From the NCBI GenBank assembly GCA_022447205.1, contig JAKVBQ010000006.1:7186-71185 (forward strand): a stretch of DNA of 64,000 nt. The letters are read 5' to 3'. Shown here in pieces: positions 27,717 to 36,474 of this stretch. The translations under genes and the position numbers were made by a program. How positions within the stretch are numbered: the stretch's first letter is position 1; every line of letters begins with the position of its first letter. Below the pieces are notes generated by a model. It was not told the origin of the DNA. It saw only the letters and a program-made list of their open reading frames with translations, and did not search any database. Source of the stretch: Phycisphaerales bacterium. Its GTDB lineage: Bacteria; Planctomycetota; Phycisphaerae; Phycisphaerales; SM1A02.

Positions 27717-28150
27717 GTCCCCACCGCCTTCCCCAGCAGGATCCCCAGGAACACCGCGAACAGGGCCAGCCCGGTCGATCCGAAGACGTTGAGCAGGAAC
27801 TGTCGACGACTTTCGACCAGCAGGAATGCGCTGTCGAGGGAGAAGGTGCTGAAGGTCGTGAAGGCCCCGCAGAAACCGACCGCACTCAGGGCAAGCAGTT
27901 CGTGGAGCTCGAGCATGGACATCGCATCCATGGCGGCTCCATGGTCGGTGCCAAGGTGATGCGCCAGTTCCTCCGGCAGCAGCGTCACGAAGAACCCGAT
28001 CGCCAGGCTCCCGAGGACGTTGATGAACAACACTCCACCCCATCCGGGGACCGAGGTGAAGCGGGCGAAGAAACCCTGGACGAGAAACCTCGCGACCGCC
28101 CCCACCGCGCCGCCGATCATCACGAACATCAGGATCGAAATCAGGTCCAT
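27713..28150 (-). CDS. crcB: Fluoride channel CrcB/Fluc family protein, first paralog
   Basis: 145 aa with GGAVGAVARFLV, NVLGSLAIGFF and GFCGAFTTFSTFS, the classic CrcB motifs. Confidence 0.88.
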   Translation of the reverse strand: MDLISILMFVMIGGAVGAVARFLVQGFFARFTSVPGWGGVLFINVLGSLAIGFFVTLLPEELAHHLGTDHGAAMDAMSMLELHELLALSAVGFCGAFTTFSTFSLDSAFLLVESRRQFLLNVFGSTGLALFAVFLGILLGKAVGT

Positions 28151-28305
28151 GTCCGCGAGTCTAGCTTGGGTCGCGGCCTCGGACCGCGTGGTCTGAATAA
28201 CCGATGGCAGGTCGACGGCACTTCGAGGAACACGCCGTGAATCGGGGTTATCCGCGAAAAAGGAACGTGAACTGGAGGCATCAACCCTACTTTACGATAT
28301 AGAGC

Positions 28306-29178
28306 ATGACGCGGAGCAGGTCGCTCCACGAGCAGATCCAGGAAGGCATCGACATGAGCTCACCCCAGACCGCCGATTGGCCTCTCACCGGCATCAATCC
28401 CATCGACCAGGATGCCTTGAAGTCCCAGGTCCGCTCATCCAAGCCGGTCAAGAACTTCGCCATCGAGAACTTCCTCGACCTCGACTTCGCCAACGAGGTC
28501 CATGACTGCTTCCCGAGCTTCGAGGAGGCCAAGGGCCTCGGCAAGAACACCGCCTCATCCATCAATGAACAGAACAAGTACCAGGTCAGTGACTCGACGC
28601 TGTTCAAGCCGGCGCTCCTTCGGCTCCATGAGATGCTCGCCTCGGACTACTTCTGCTCGTTGCTGTCGAACGTCTTCGAGATCCCGAACCTCCTCCCCGA
28701 CGCGGAACTCGCCGGAGGCGGGATCCACCAGACCGGGCCGCGAGGGCACCTCGACGTCCACCTCGACTTCAACTACATGCCCGAACGCAAGCTGTTCCGT
28801 CGGATGAACATCCTCATCTACTTCAACAAGGACTGGAACGAGGACTGGGGCGGAAACATCGAGCTCTGGGACGAGAAGGTGAAGAACTGCGTTCACTCCT
28901 TCCCACCCACCTTCAACCGCTGCGTGGTGTTCGAGACCAATGAGATCAGCTACCACGGCGTCACGGCGGTCAAGTGCCCCGAGGGCAACGCCCGAAAGTC
29001 GTTTGCCGGGTACTACTACACGACCGAGACGCCCGACTGGTGGGATGGCAAGGCCCATTCCACCGTCTTCAAGGCACGTCCCGACGAGAAGCTCAAGGGC
29101 ACGATCCTGATGCCCGCGGATCGGATTCGGCGACTCTTCCGCAGAGTCCGCCGGGGCGTCGGCCGGCTCGTGAAGTGA
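28306..29178 (+). CDS. 2OG-Fe(II) oxygenase superfamily protein
   Basis: 290 aa (alternative ATG at 28354). It has GGGIHQTGPRGHLDVHLDFN (HxD iron ligands), NILIYFNKDWNEDWGGNIELWD and FNRCVVFETNEISYHGV, typical of prolyl-hydroxylase-like 2OG oxygenases. Confidence 0.75.
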   Translation: MTRSRSLHEQIQEGIDMSSPQTADWPLTGINPIDQDALKSQVRSSKPVKNFAIENFLDLDFANEVHDCFPSFEEAKGLGKNTASSINEQNKYQVSDSTLFKPALLRLHEMLASDYFCSLLSNVFEIPNLLPDAELAGGGIHQTGPRGHLDVHLDFNYMPERKLFRRMNILIYFNKDWNEDWGGNIELWDEKVKNCVHSFPPTFNRCVVFETNEISYHGVTAVKCPEGNARKSFAGYYYTTETPDWWDGKAHSTVFKARPDEKLKGTILMPADRIRRLFRRVRRGVGRLVK

Positions 29179-29190
29179 CCCCAGGACAAC

Positions 29191-30570
29191 TCACTCCGAA
29201 TCCGATCGATCGAATGGCTCCTCGCCCGATCGATCGATCGTTCCCTCGCTTCGACCGAGCAGGCCCGCTCCGGGAAGCAGGCTGACGCCTCGCACCAGCA
29301 TCCGACCGGTGCGATGTCGCAGGTCGAGTCCGCTCGGTTCGAGTCCCGCGAGGATGAAGAGGGCGAGGAAACGCATGCCTCCACTCGCGACGAAGAGCAC
29401 GATGTAGCCGGTCCGGTCGACACCGACGAGCTCGAGCACCGCGCCGCCGAGGAGCGAACCCAGCAGGAAGGCGGAGGCCTGGGCGAGCTGATAGATCGTC
29501 AGGACCGGCGTACGGCGTTCGGCGGGAATGATGTCGAACACCAGGAGGAAGGTCGCGGTCTCCCAGCACGCCCAGGCCAGTGCGGCCAGCGCCTGCAGGG
29601 TGAGGATGTACCAGAAGGAATCATTGAGCGGCCACAACGTCACCAGGGGCACGGTCGCGATCGCACCGAACCACAGCACCCGGAACGATCCGTGCTTCTT
29701 CGCCATCCGACCCACCAGTGGGAGCACCGCGGCCTTCACCCCGAGCATCACGGCGAGAACCGTCGTCACCTGCCAGTAGTCGAACCCGAGCTGGATCCGC
29801 ATGTAGGGAACGAGGTAGGGCGCGACGGTGAAGACCGCGAAGAAGAAGGCCAGCATGTAGAGGAGGAGCTGCCTCGTCTGGCGATCGCTGAAGTGCCTGC
29901 GGATGACCGCCAGCGTCGGCAGTTCCAATCGTTCGACGAGCCCCGGTTCGGCATCCGACTGGGCGGCGAGGCACGCGGTCGAGATCAGCCGTGCAACCAT
30001 CGCCACGCCGAAGACACCAACGAAGGCCATCAGGGCCCACCCCTGCTGCGCCCCGTACTCGAGGAAGAGACTCGCCAGCATCCCTGCCGCGAGGCCGGCC
30101 TGGACGAAGCGATTGCGCAACCCGACGAAGGGCGCGCGGATCGAAGATGGGACGAGCGAGGTGAACCACGCCTGCCAGGGCGGAGCGGATGCGAACTGCG
30201 CCGCGTTGAAGAGTCCGACCGCCGCATAGACCGCCCACCACGGCATCGCTCCGAGCAGCGCACCGATGATCAGTGGAATGATCGCAAGCGCCTGCACCAG
30301 TGCACAGCACCAGACCCATCGCCGGATCGAACCGACCTTGCGAACACCCCAGGGAGTGACCAGCTGGAGGATCGCGGCGACGAAGAGCGGCACCGTCCCG
30401 ACCAGTCCCGCCATGACCTCGGAGAGTCCGATCGCCAGGGCGAAGAGCGCGAACTGCCATTCGGCGGCACCGGACATCACCGCCCAGCAGGCGCCATCCG
30501 TGGTGAGCAGGCGCAGATCGCGCCGCAGCCGTCGTGCTCTGGAACCGGGTTGGGGTTGGTTGGAGGTCAT
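29191..30570 (-). CDS. MFS transporter
   Basis: 459 aa from MTSNQPQPG (ATG 30570). About 12 hydrophobic segments with MFS-like loop motifs. The upstream part of the 552-aa track ORF overlaps rluA and is rejected. Confidence 0.8.
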   Translation of the reverse strand: MTSNQPQPGSRARRLRRDLRLLTTDGACWAVMSGAAEWQFALFALAIGLSEVMAGLVGTVPLFVAAILQLVTPWGVRKVGSIRRWVWCCALVQALAIIPLIIGALLGAMPWWAVYAAVGLFNAAQFASAPPWQAWFTSLVPSSIRAPFVGLRNRFVQAGLAAGMLASLFLEYGAQQGWALMAFVGVFGVAMVARLISTACLAAQSDAEPGLVERLELPTLAVIRRHFSDRQTRQLLLYMLAFFFAVFTVAPYLVPYMRIQLGFDYWQVTTVLAVMLGVKAAVLPLVGRMAKKHGSFRVLWFGAIATVPLVTLWPLNDSFWYILTLQALAALAWACWETATFLLVFDIIPAERRTPVLTIYQLAQASAFLLGSLLGGAVLELVGVDRTGYIVLFVASGGMRFLALFILAGLEPSGLDLRHRTGRMLVRGVSLLPGAGLLGRSEGTIDRSGEEPFDRSDSE

Positions 30571-30595
30571 GGCGCCGAACGAATCCTGCCGTGGA

Positions 30596-31231
30596 TCAGC
30601 TGTCGAGCCCGAAGGGTGGCACACTCTCGACCTGTTCGCCGTCGAAACGAAGCAGGGAGGCATGGAGGGCGGGACGATCCTCGGACCATGGCGTGCCGCC
30701 GTAGAGCGCGTCACCGAGCAGCGGAGCCCCGAGGTGCGCGAACCCCGCACGGACCTGATGCCTGCGACCGCCACCGAGGAGTTCGACCTCGAGAAGCCGT
30801 CGATCACCATCGACCTCGCGCGTCCACCACGCGCAACGGCCACGATCACGCTCCGCCCCGGTCGAACGGGTGGTCACCTTCTTCGAGCGCTTGTATCGAC
30901 TGCTGAAGAAGAGGTTGAAGCGTCCCTCGGCCTCGATCGGCGCATCGACCAGGGCCTGGTAGCGCTTCAGGATCGACTCCTCGCGCATGCGGCCTCGCAA
31001 CCGCTGGTGTTCGTCGGCGGTCTTCGCCACGAGGAGACATCCGGTGGTCCCGAAGTCGAGACGATGGACCAGTCCGGACTCCTCGAGAGAACCCAGCTCG
31101 GGACGTTCCGCCCACAGCCACCCCTGCACGGAATTGGATGCATCACCCTTGCGGGCGACGGTGTGCATCCCCGCCGGCTTGTCCAGGACCAGCCAGCCCT
31201 CCTGCTCGCGAAGAATGCCCGGCACGCTCAT
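30596..31231 (-). CDS. RluA-family pseudouridine synthase
   Basis: 211 aa with LVLDKPAGMHTV, the catalytic HRLD motif (GLVHRLDFGTTGCLLVAK), and GGGRRHQVRAGFAHLGAPLLGDALYGG. Confidence 0.85.
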   Translation of the reverse strand: MSVPGILREQEGWLVLDKPAGMHTVARKGDASNSVQGWLWAERPELGSLEESGLVHRLDFGTTGCLLVAKTADEHQRLRGRMREESILKRYQALVDAPIEAEGRFNLFFSSRYKRSKKVTTRSTGAERDRGRCAWWTREVDGDRRLLEVELLGGGRRHQVRAGFAHLGAPLLGDALYGGTPWSEDRPALHASLLRFDGEQVESVPPFGLDS

Positions 31232-31680
31232 TCGGAAGCCTTGCTCACGAGCTTGTTCGCCGTCTTCCGGGCCTTGCGCGCCTCGATGAAGGACGCGATC
31301 GAGAAGAAGAGCAGGACCAGGCAGATCACGATCATGCCGATCATCGTGAAGCTCTTGGCGTCGAAGGTGAACCCGTTCTTGATGCTGGTCGGGATCAGTC
31401 GGCCGAGCGGCGCCAGGACCCCGAGCAGCGCGAGGATCGCGACCAGGTGCATGGCGTGCTTGCGAATCGACCGGGTCAGGAGCGACGCGAAGGCGCAGAG
31501 CATGATCGGGACGCCCCAGAAGGCGGGGATCAACGCGGTCATGGAGCGATCCTCACCGGTGGCGAACGCGAAGTAGGCGAGAAGACCGAGTCCGGTGAGC
31601 AGGAGTCCGGCGACGAAGACGATGAGAGGCATGGGGATGCGCATTGGTGGCGCCCTTTCCTTCTGTGGTGGTCCACCCAT
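31228..31680 (-). CDS. Hypothetical 4-TM membrane protein
   Basis: 150-aa ORF (alternative ATG at 31644) with four hydrophobic helices. There is a 4-nt overlap with rluA downstream. Confidence 0.55.
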   Translation of the reverse strand: MGGPPQKERAPPMRIPMPLIVFVAGLLLTGLGLLAYFAFATGEDRSMTALIPAFWGVPIMLCAFASLLTRSIRKHAMHLVAILALLGVLAPLGRLIPTSIKNGFTFDAKSFTMIGMIVICLVLLFFSIASFIEARKARKTANKLVSKASE

Positions 31681-31725
31681 GGTAGACCAAGGACGGTGGC
31701 CCCGTCTTCGAGGAAGGGGCCGGGG

Positions 31726-32619
31726 TCAGGTCGTCGGTTCGTCGAGTTCCTTCCAGTCGACCAGGCCCGGTCTGTACTGGATCCAGCTGATGAGGCACAG
31801 TGCCACCAGCACGATTCCGAGCGCGAGCCGACTCGGGATGATGGCGATGTTCGTGGTGAACCGGAAAGCACGGGATCCTTCATGATCGAACTGCGCCCCA
31901 TCGAACCACAGGAAGGGCTCCGTACGATCGGGCAGCATGATCCGAGTGCCGGTTCCCCCCGGATTCACAGCCAGCGTCTCGAGGAACAGTGCGAACCCCT
32001 CCGGATCCTCGAGCAGGGCCCGGGTGATGATCCCCCGCGGCTCGCCATCAAGACCTGAGGCGAGATCGGCGACGACCAGCGTGCCATCCAGGCTTTTGAC
32101 GCCCCCTTCATCGGTCCAGCGCCCGGGTCCTTCCTGTTCCCAGACGATCGCCGCCTGGTCGGGTTCCTCGATCTGGAAGCTGATCCGGACGATGTCCTGC
32201 TGCTCGAGGAAGTCAACGCCTCGGAAGCGTGCGGTGAATCGCTCCCCATCCCGGGCGTCAAGGGTCAACCCGATCCTGACATCGACTTCATCCTTGTTCT
32301 GGTGACGCCACTTCGCGATGTCGAACATGACCTGCGTGCCCCACCACATGGCGCTCCCGGACAGCACCCCGGCCATGAGCAGGATCACTCCCGCCAGCCC
32401 CCAGCGGCGTCGACGACCGAGGCCACCGACCGGCACCACCCCGTGTTCGAGGGAACGACCGCACTCGACGCAGCGTGGTTCGGTCAGTCCACGGACATCG
32501 TGACCGCAGAAAGGACAGCACGGCGCGGTGCTCCTCGCTCGTTTCAGCAGCAGGAACCAGAACCCGATGGCGAGCAGTACGGCCAGTGACCAGCAGATAC
32601 CGAGGATCAGTGCGCCCAT
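31726..32619 (-). CDS. Hypothetical membrane protein with cytoplasmic zinc-ribbon motif
   Basis: 297 aa from MGALILGICWSLAVLLAIGFWFLLL (ATG 32619). CCPFCGH...CVECG zinc ribbon, a second TM, a ~170-aa soluble domain and a C-terminal TM. Confidence 0.55.
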   Translation of the reverse strand: MGALILGICWSLAVLLAIGFWFLLLKRARSTAPCCPFCGHDVRGLTEPRCVECGRSLEHGVVPVGGLGRRRRWGLAGVILLMAGVLSGSAMWWGTQVMFDIAKWRHQNKDEVDVRIGLTLDARDGERFTARFRGVDFLEQQDIVRISFQIEEPDQAAIVWEQEGPGRWTDEGGVKSLDGTLVVADLASGLDGEPRGIITRALLEDPEGFALFLETLAVNPGGTGTRIMLPDRTEPFLWFDGAQFDHEGSRAFRFTTNIAIIPSRLALGIVLVALCLISWIQYRPGLVDWKELDEPTT

Positions 32620-32811
32620 GGCGTGCTCCCGATGCGTGACAGGGGGATGGTAGTTGATCAGGAGGAACCGAGTAGCGAGCATGACGGCACGTGACATCGC
32701 CTCAACGTGCGAAAATCCCATGCCTGCCAAAACTCCCGGATCCATCGATGCTTTCATGGCGACGCAGGATGCGGACGCTGCGTACAATGGCAGGCAGCCC
32801 GGAGAACAACG

Positions 32812-34101
32812 ATGCCATACTACAGCTCACTCGGACAACTCCCTCCCAAGCGACACATCCAGTTCCGTCGCCCCGACGGCGCCCTCTACTCGGAGGAGGT
32901 CTTCGGGACCGAGGGGTTCGTGGGACCGACCTCGACGATCTACCACATCCATCCTCCGACCCAGGTGACCGGATGGAAGACGCTCTACTCGACCAAGGCC
33001 GAGTACGTCGAGACCGACACCATGCGCATGCGGCATGTCAAGAGCGCACCGATGCCCCCCAAGGGCGACCCGATCACCGGCCGCGTCGTGCTCTTCGGCA
33101 ATGCCGACTGCGAGATGAGCGTGTGCTGCCCCGCCGAAGGCATGGACTACCACTACAAGAACGGCCAGGGCGACGAATGCCTCTTCATCCACTTCGGTTC
33201 CGGCACCTGCTACACCCAGTTCGGGACGCTCAAGTTCCGCAAGAAGGACTACATCATCATCCCGAAGGGGACGATCTACCGACTCGTGTTCGACGAGCAG
33301 CCCGCTGACGAACCGGATGTGAAGTTCCTCGTCATCGAAACGTGCAACCACTCGCACATCCTGCCCCCGCCGAGGTACCTCTCCAAGAAGACCTCGCAGT
33401 TCCTCGAGCATGCCCCCTACTGCGAACGCGACCTCCGAGGACCGGAACTGCCGCTGACCTTCGACGAGGCCGGCGAGTTCGAGGTCCGGATCAAGGCACG
33501 GGACTGCGTGCACACCTACACCTACGACTACCACCCCCTCGACGTCGTCGGATGGGACGGGTGCTACTACCCGTACTGCTTCAACATCGACGACTTCAGC
33601 CCGATCACCGGCAAGCACCACATGCCGCCCCCGACGCACCAGACGTTCGAGGCGCACAACTTCGTGATCTGCTCCTTCTGCCCGCGGACCCTGGACTGGC
33701 ATCCGGAGGCGATCCCCGTCCCCTACAACCACTCCAATCTCGATTCCGACGAGGTCCTCTACTACGTCGAAGGCGACTACAAGGCCCGGAAGGGCATCGA
33801 GGTCGGTTCGCTCACCCTGCACCCGCAGGGCATTCCGCACGGGCCGCACCCCGGGACGATCGAGAAGTCCCTCGGCGCCGAATTCACCAACGAACTCGCG
33901 GTGATGTGCGACACGTTCCGCCCGCTCCACCCGACGAAGGCCGCGCTGGACCTCGATGACATCGCGTATCCCGCCAGCTGGGAGGGTGAGCACTTCCCCC
34001 AGACCTCGGGCACCCACAAGGCGGATGGCTCGCACAAGGCCGGTCGCAACGGAACCCGGTCCGACAGCAACGCCAAGAAGGCCAAGGCCGACACGTGGTG
34101 A
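32812..34101 (+). CDS. hmgA: Homogentisate 1,2-dioxygenase
   Basis: 429 aa from MPYYSSLGQLPPKRHIQFRRPDGALYSEEVFGTEGF. This N-terminal pattern and the cupin-like core are characteristic of bacterial HmgA. It is pathway-consistent with hppD and fahA in the window. Confidence 0.85.
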   Translation: MPYYSSLGQLPPKRHIQFRRPDGALYSEEVFGTEGFVGPTSTIYHIHPPTQVTGWKTLYSTKAEYVETDTMRMRHVKSAPMPPKGDPITGRVVLFGNADCEMSVCCPAEGMDYHYKNGQGDECLFIHFGSGTCYTQFGTLKFRKKDYIIIPKGTIYRLVFDEQPADEPDVKFLVIETCNHSHILPPPRYLSKKTSQFLEHAPYCERDLRGPELPLTFDEAGEFEVRIKARDCVHTYTYDYHPLDVVGWDGCYYPYCFNIDDFSPITGKHHMPPPTHQTFEAHNFVICSFCPRTLDWHPEAIPVPYNHSNLDSDEVLYYVEGDYKARKGIEVGSLTLHPQGIPHGPHPGTIEKSLGAEFTNELAVMCDTFRPLHPTKAALDLDDIAYPASWEGEHFPQTSGTHKADGSHKAGRNGTRSDSNAKKAKADTW

Positions 34102-34670
34102 ACACGGCGAGGGCACTGCTCCTGGTCGTTTCGATCGCCGTCCTGATCGCCTGTACCGGCAGCGGGCAGGAGCAGCCGCCTCAAGACGTCGTCGTCCAGG
34201 ACATCGACACCACGCAACCTCCGCCCGAGCCGCACCCGACCTCCGGCAGGGACAGGATCCGTCTCGGGATCGGAACGGAGTCCTTCCTCATGGAGGTCTC
34301 CGATGATGACCGGGAACGGATCCTGGGTCTCGGCGGCAGGACTCGACTGGGCAGGAACGAGGGCATGATCTTCGTCTATCCGAAACCGAAGGTGCTCGGT
34401 TTCTGGATGAAGGACTGCCTGATCGATCTCGAGATCCTCTACGTCCGGGGAGACGGGCGCATCATGTCGATGCACCGCATGCCGAAGGAGCCTCCGCGCG
34501 GGGACGAGGAACGACTGAGCACGTACGAGGAGCGACTCCCCCGCTATCCAAGCCGGTACGTCGTCCAGTTCGCACTGGAGTTCGCCCCGGGAACCATCGA
34601 ACGCCTCGGACTCCGGACCGGACAGGTGCTCGCACTTCCCGCGAAGACGCTCCTGGACGATGCGCGATGA
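34095..34670 (+). CDS. DUF192 domain protein (secreted or periplasmic)
   Basis: The GTG start overlaps the hmgA stop. Signal-like N-terminus. GMIFVYPKPKVLGFWMKDCLIDLEILYV and YVVQFALEFAPG match the DUF192 (COG1430) pattern. Confidence 0.75.
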   Translation: MVNTARALLLVVSIAVLIACTGSGQEQPPQDVVVQDIDTTQPPPEPHPTSGRDRIRLGIGTESFLMEVSDDDRERILGLGGRTRLGRNEGMIFVYPKPKVLGFWMKDCLIDLEILYVRGDGRIMSMHRMPKEPPRGDEERLSTYEERLPRYPSRYVVQFALEFAPGTIERLGLRTGQVLALPAKTLLDDAR

Positions 34671-35131
34671 CTCCCTATCGCCACACCCAGTTCAGCGTGC
34701 TGAACATGATCCTGCTGGGCCTGCCGATGATCTGGACGGTCTGGGGCGGCCTCTTCCTCGGGATTCCCAGCCCGTTCAACTTCCTCGTGCTCGGACTCGG
34801 CATCTTCTTCCTCGGGCTCGCCATCTGCTTCTATTCGCTGAAGATCGAGGTGGACCAGGAGTCGATCCGAATGGCGTTCGGGCCGGGCCTGTTCAAGAAG
34901 TCATGGCCGCTCGCCGGATGCACCGCCGTACGCCAGGTCAGGACCCGGTTCATAGAAGGCTGGGGCATCAAGCTCACGCGCGATGGCTGGCTCTACTCGG
35001 TGAGCATGCCGCACGCGGTCCTGGTCAGGCTGAAGAACGGCAAGGCGTTCATCCTGGGCACGGACGAACCGGAAGCGCTGCTCGCCGCCCTCCTCGAAGC
35101 GGGGCTCGAGCTCGAGGACGAACCCGCCTGA
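34667..35131 (+). CDS. Hypothetical 2-TM membrane protein with C-terminal soluble (bacterial PH-like?) domain
   Basis: 154 aa. There is an ATGA overlap with the DUF192 gene. Two N-terminal TM helices are followed by a ~90-aa soluble domain. The domain guess is weak. Confidence 0.55.
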   Translation: MTPYRHTQFSVLNMILLGLPMIWTVWGGLFLGIPSPFNFLVLGLGIFFLGLAICFYSLKIEVDQESIRMAFGPGLFKKSWPLAGCTAVRQVRTRFIEGWGIKLTRDGWLYSVSMPHAVLVRLKNGKAFILGTDEPEALLAALLEAGLELEDEPA

Positions 35132-35137
35132 GCACGA

Positions 35138-36466
35138 TCAGGTGGCCACCGGCTCCAGAGCCGGAGCGACCACGCCGGAACACGCACCGAAACCGATTCG
35201 ACGAGCGCCCTCGCGTTCGCACCAGCCGTTGATGATGACTTCATCACCATCCTGGAGGAACTTCCGTTCGGTCCCGTCGCCCAGCGTGATCGGATGCTGG
35301 CCACGCCAGGTCCGCTCGAGCAGGCAGCCACGGGAGTCCTCGGTCTCGCCGGACACGGTGCCGGAAGCGTAGATGTCGCCGGGCCGGAGCGGGCAGCCGG
35401 TCGAGGTGTGGTGCGCGAGCATCTGGGACATCGTCCAGTACATGTCCGCGTAGTTGCCTCGACTGACGAGGGTCGGGTCGATGCCCTGTTCGCGCATCCC
35501 CTCCGAACTGATCTCGACGGTCAGGTTCAGGTCGACACCGAAGTCATCGGCCCAGGTCAGGTAGTCGAGGTTGGTCGGGTCGTCTTCGCCGCGCCGCGGT
35601 CCGGGGACCATGAAGGGTTCGAGCGCATCGAGGGTCACGATCCACGGACTGAGCGTGGTTCCGAAGTTCTTCGCGTTGAACGGTCCGAGCGGCTGGTACT
35701 CCCACTTCTGGACGTCCCGTGCGGACCAGTCGTTCATGAGCATCAACCCGAAGAGGTGCTCGCGCGCCTCCTCGATCGGGATCCTCCGCCCCATCGGGTT
35801 CCCCGGTCCGACGACGAAGGTCACTTCCAGTTCGTAGTCGAGCAGGCGGACCGGGCCGAAGGAGGTCTCCTCACCGTCGGCGGACACCGTCTGTCCGCTC
35901 GGTCGGACCATCGGGGTGCCGCTGACGACGACGCTCGAGGAACGACCGTGGTAGCCGACCGGGAGGTTCTTCCAGTTCGGGAGCAGCGGATTGTCGGGAC
36001 GGAACATCGAGCCGACGTTGGTCGCGTGGTGCAGCGAGGCGTAGAAGTCGGTGTAGTCACCGATCTCCATCGGGAGGTGCAGGGTGACATCCGCCTGCGC
36101 GACGAGGCAGGCATCGTGCTGGTCGGCGCTGTCCTTCAGGGATTCCGGCATGTCGGAACGCAGCAGCGAGGAGACCCGCTCCCGGACCGCACGCCACTCC
36201 TCACGACCGAGTCCAAGGAACTCGTTCAGACGGTGGGAGCTGAGCGCGCATCGGGCCTCGGGGGAACAATGACCGTCGAGGTGTCCGAGCTCCACCAGGG
36301 CACGGCAGTCGAGGACCCGATCACCGATGGCGATCCCGATCCGACGGGTGTCGTCACCCGATCGGGAGAAGAGTCCGTAGGGCAGGTTCTGGATCGGGAA
36401 ATCGCACTCCGGTGCGTTCGCCGATTCGATCCAGGACTTGAGATTGGGGTCGGTGGTGGTGTTCAT
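35138..36466 (-). CDS. fahA: Fumarylacetoacetase
   Basis: 442 aa with SWIESANAPECDFPIQNLPYGLF (FAH N-terminal domain) and the C-terminal FAH fold (DYELE, GTGTISG-like ASGTVSG). Confidence 0.92.
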   Translation of the reverse strand: MNTTTDPNLKSWIESANAPECDFPIQNLPYGLFSRSGDDTRRIGIAIGDRVLDCRALVELGHLDGHCSPEARCALSSHRLNEFLGLGREEWRAVRERVSSLLRSDMPESLKDSADQHDACLVAQADVTLHLPMEIGDYTDFYASLHHATNVGSMFRPDNPLLPNWKNLPVGYHGRSSSVVVSGTPMVRPSGQTVSADGEETSFGPVRLLDYELEVTFVVGPGNPMGRRIPIEEAREHLFGLMLMNDWSARDVQKWEYQPLGPFNAKNFGTTLSPWIVTLDALEPFMVPGPRRGEDDPTNLDYLTWADDFGVDLNLTVEISSEGMREQGIDPTLVSRGNYADMYWTMSQMLAHHTSTGCPLRPGDIYASGTVSGETEDSRGCLLERTWRGQHPITLGDGTERKFLQDGDEVIINGWCEREGARRIGFGACSGVVAPALEPVAT

Positions 36467-36474
36467 GGGTACCT

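Noticed and set aside
28151-28345. Calling a canonical fluoride riboswitch as a feature
   Set aside because: Only the 3' half (GGGUUGAUGCCUCC) resembles the consensus. I found no convincing P1 or pseudoknot 5' half, so it is kept as a low-confidence finding rather than an annotated feature.
29314-30906. 530-aa plus-strand ORF
   Set aside because: It is antisense to the MFS transporter and rluA. Other long shadow ORFs were rejected on the same reasoning: 32827-34116 (antisense to hmgA), 35294-36562 (fahA), 48826-50571 (ClC), 53319-54761 (kinase), 55575-56486 (Hsp70) and 60371-61912 (pheT).
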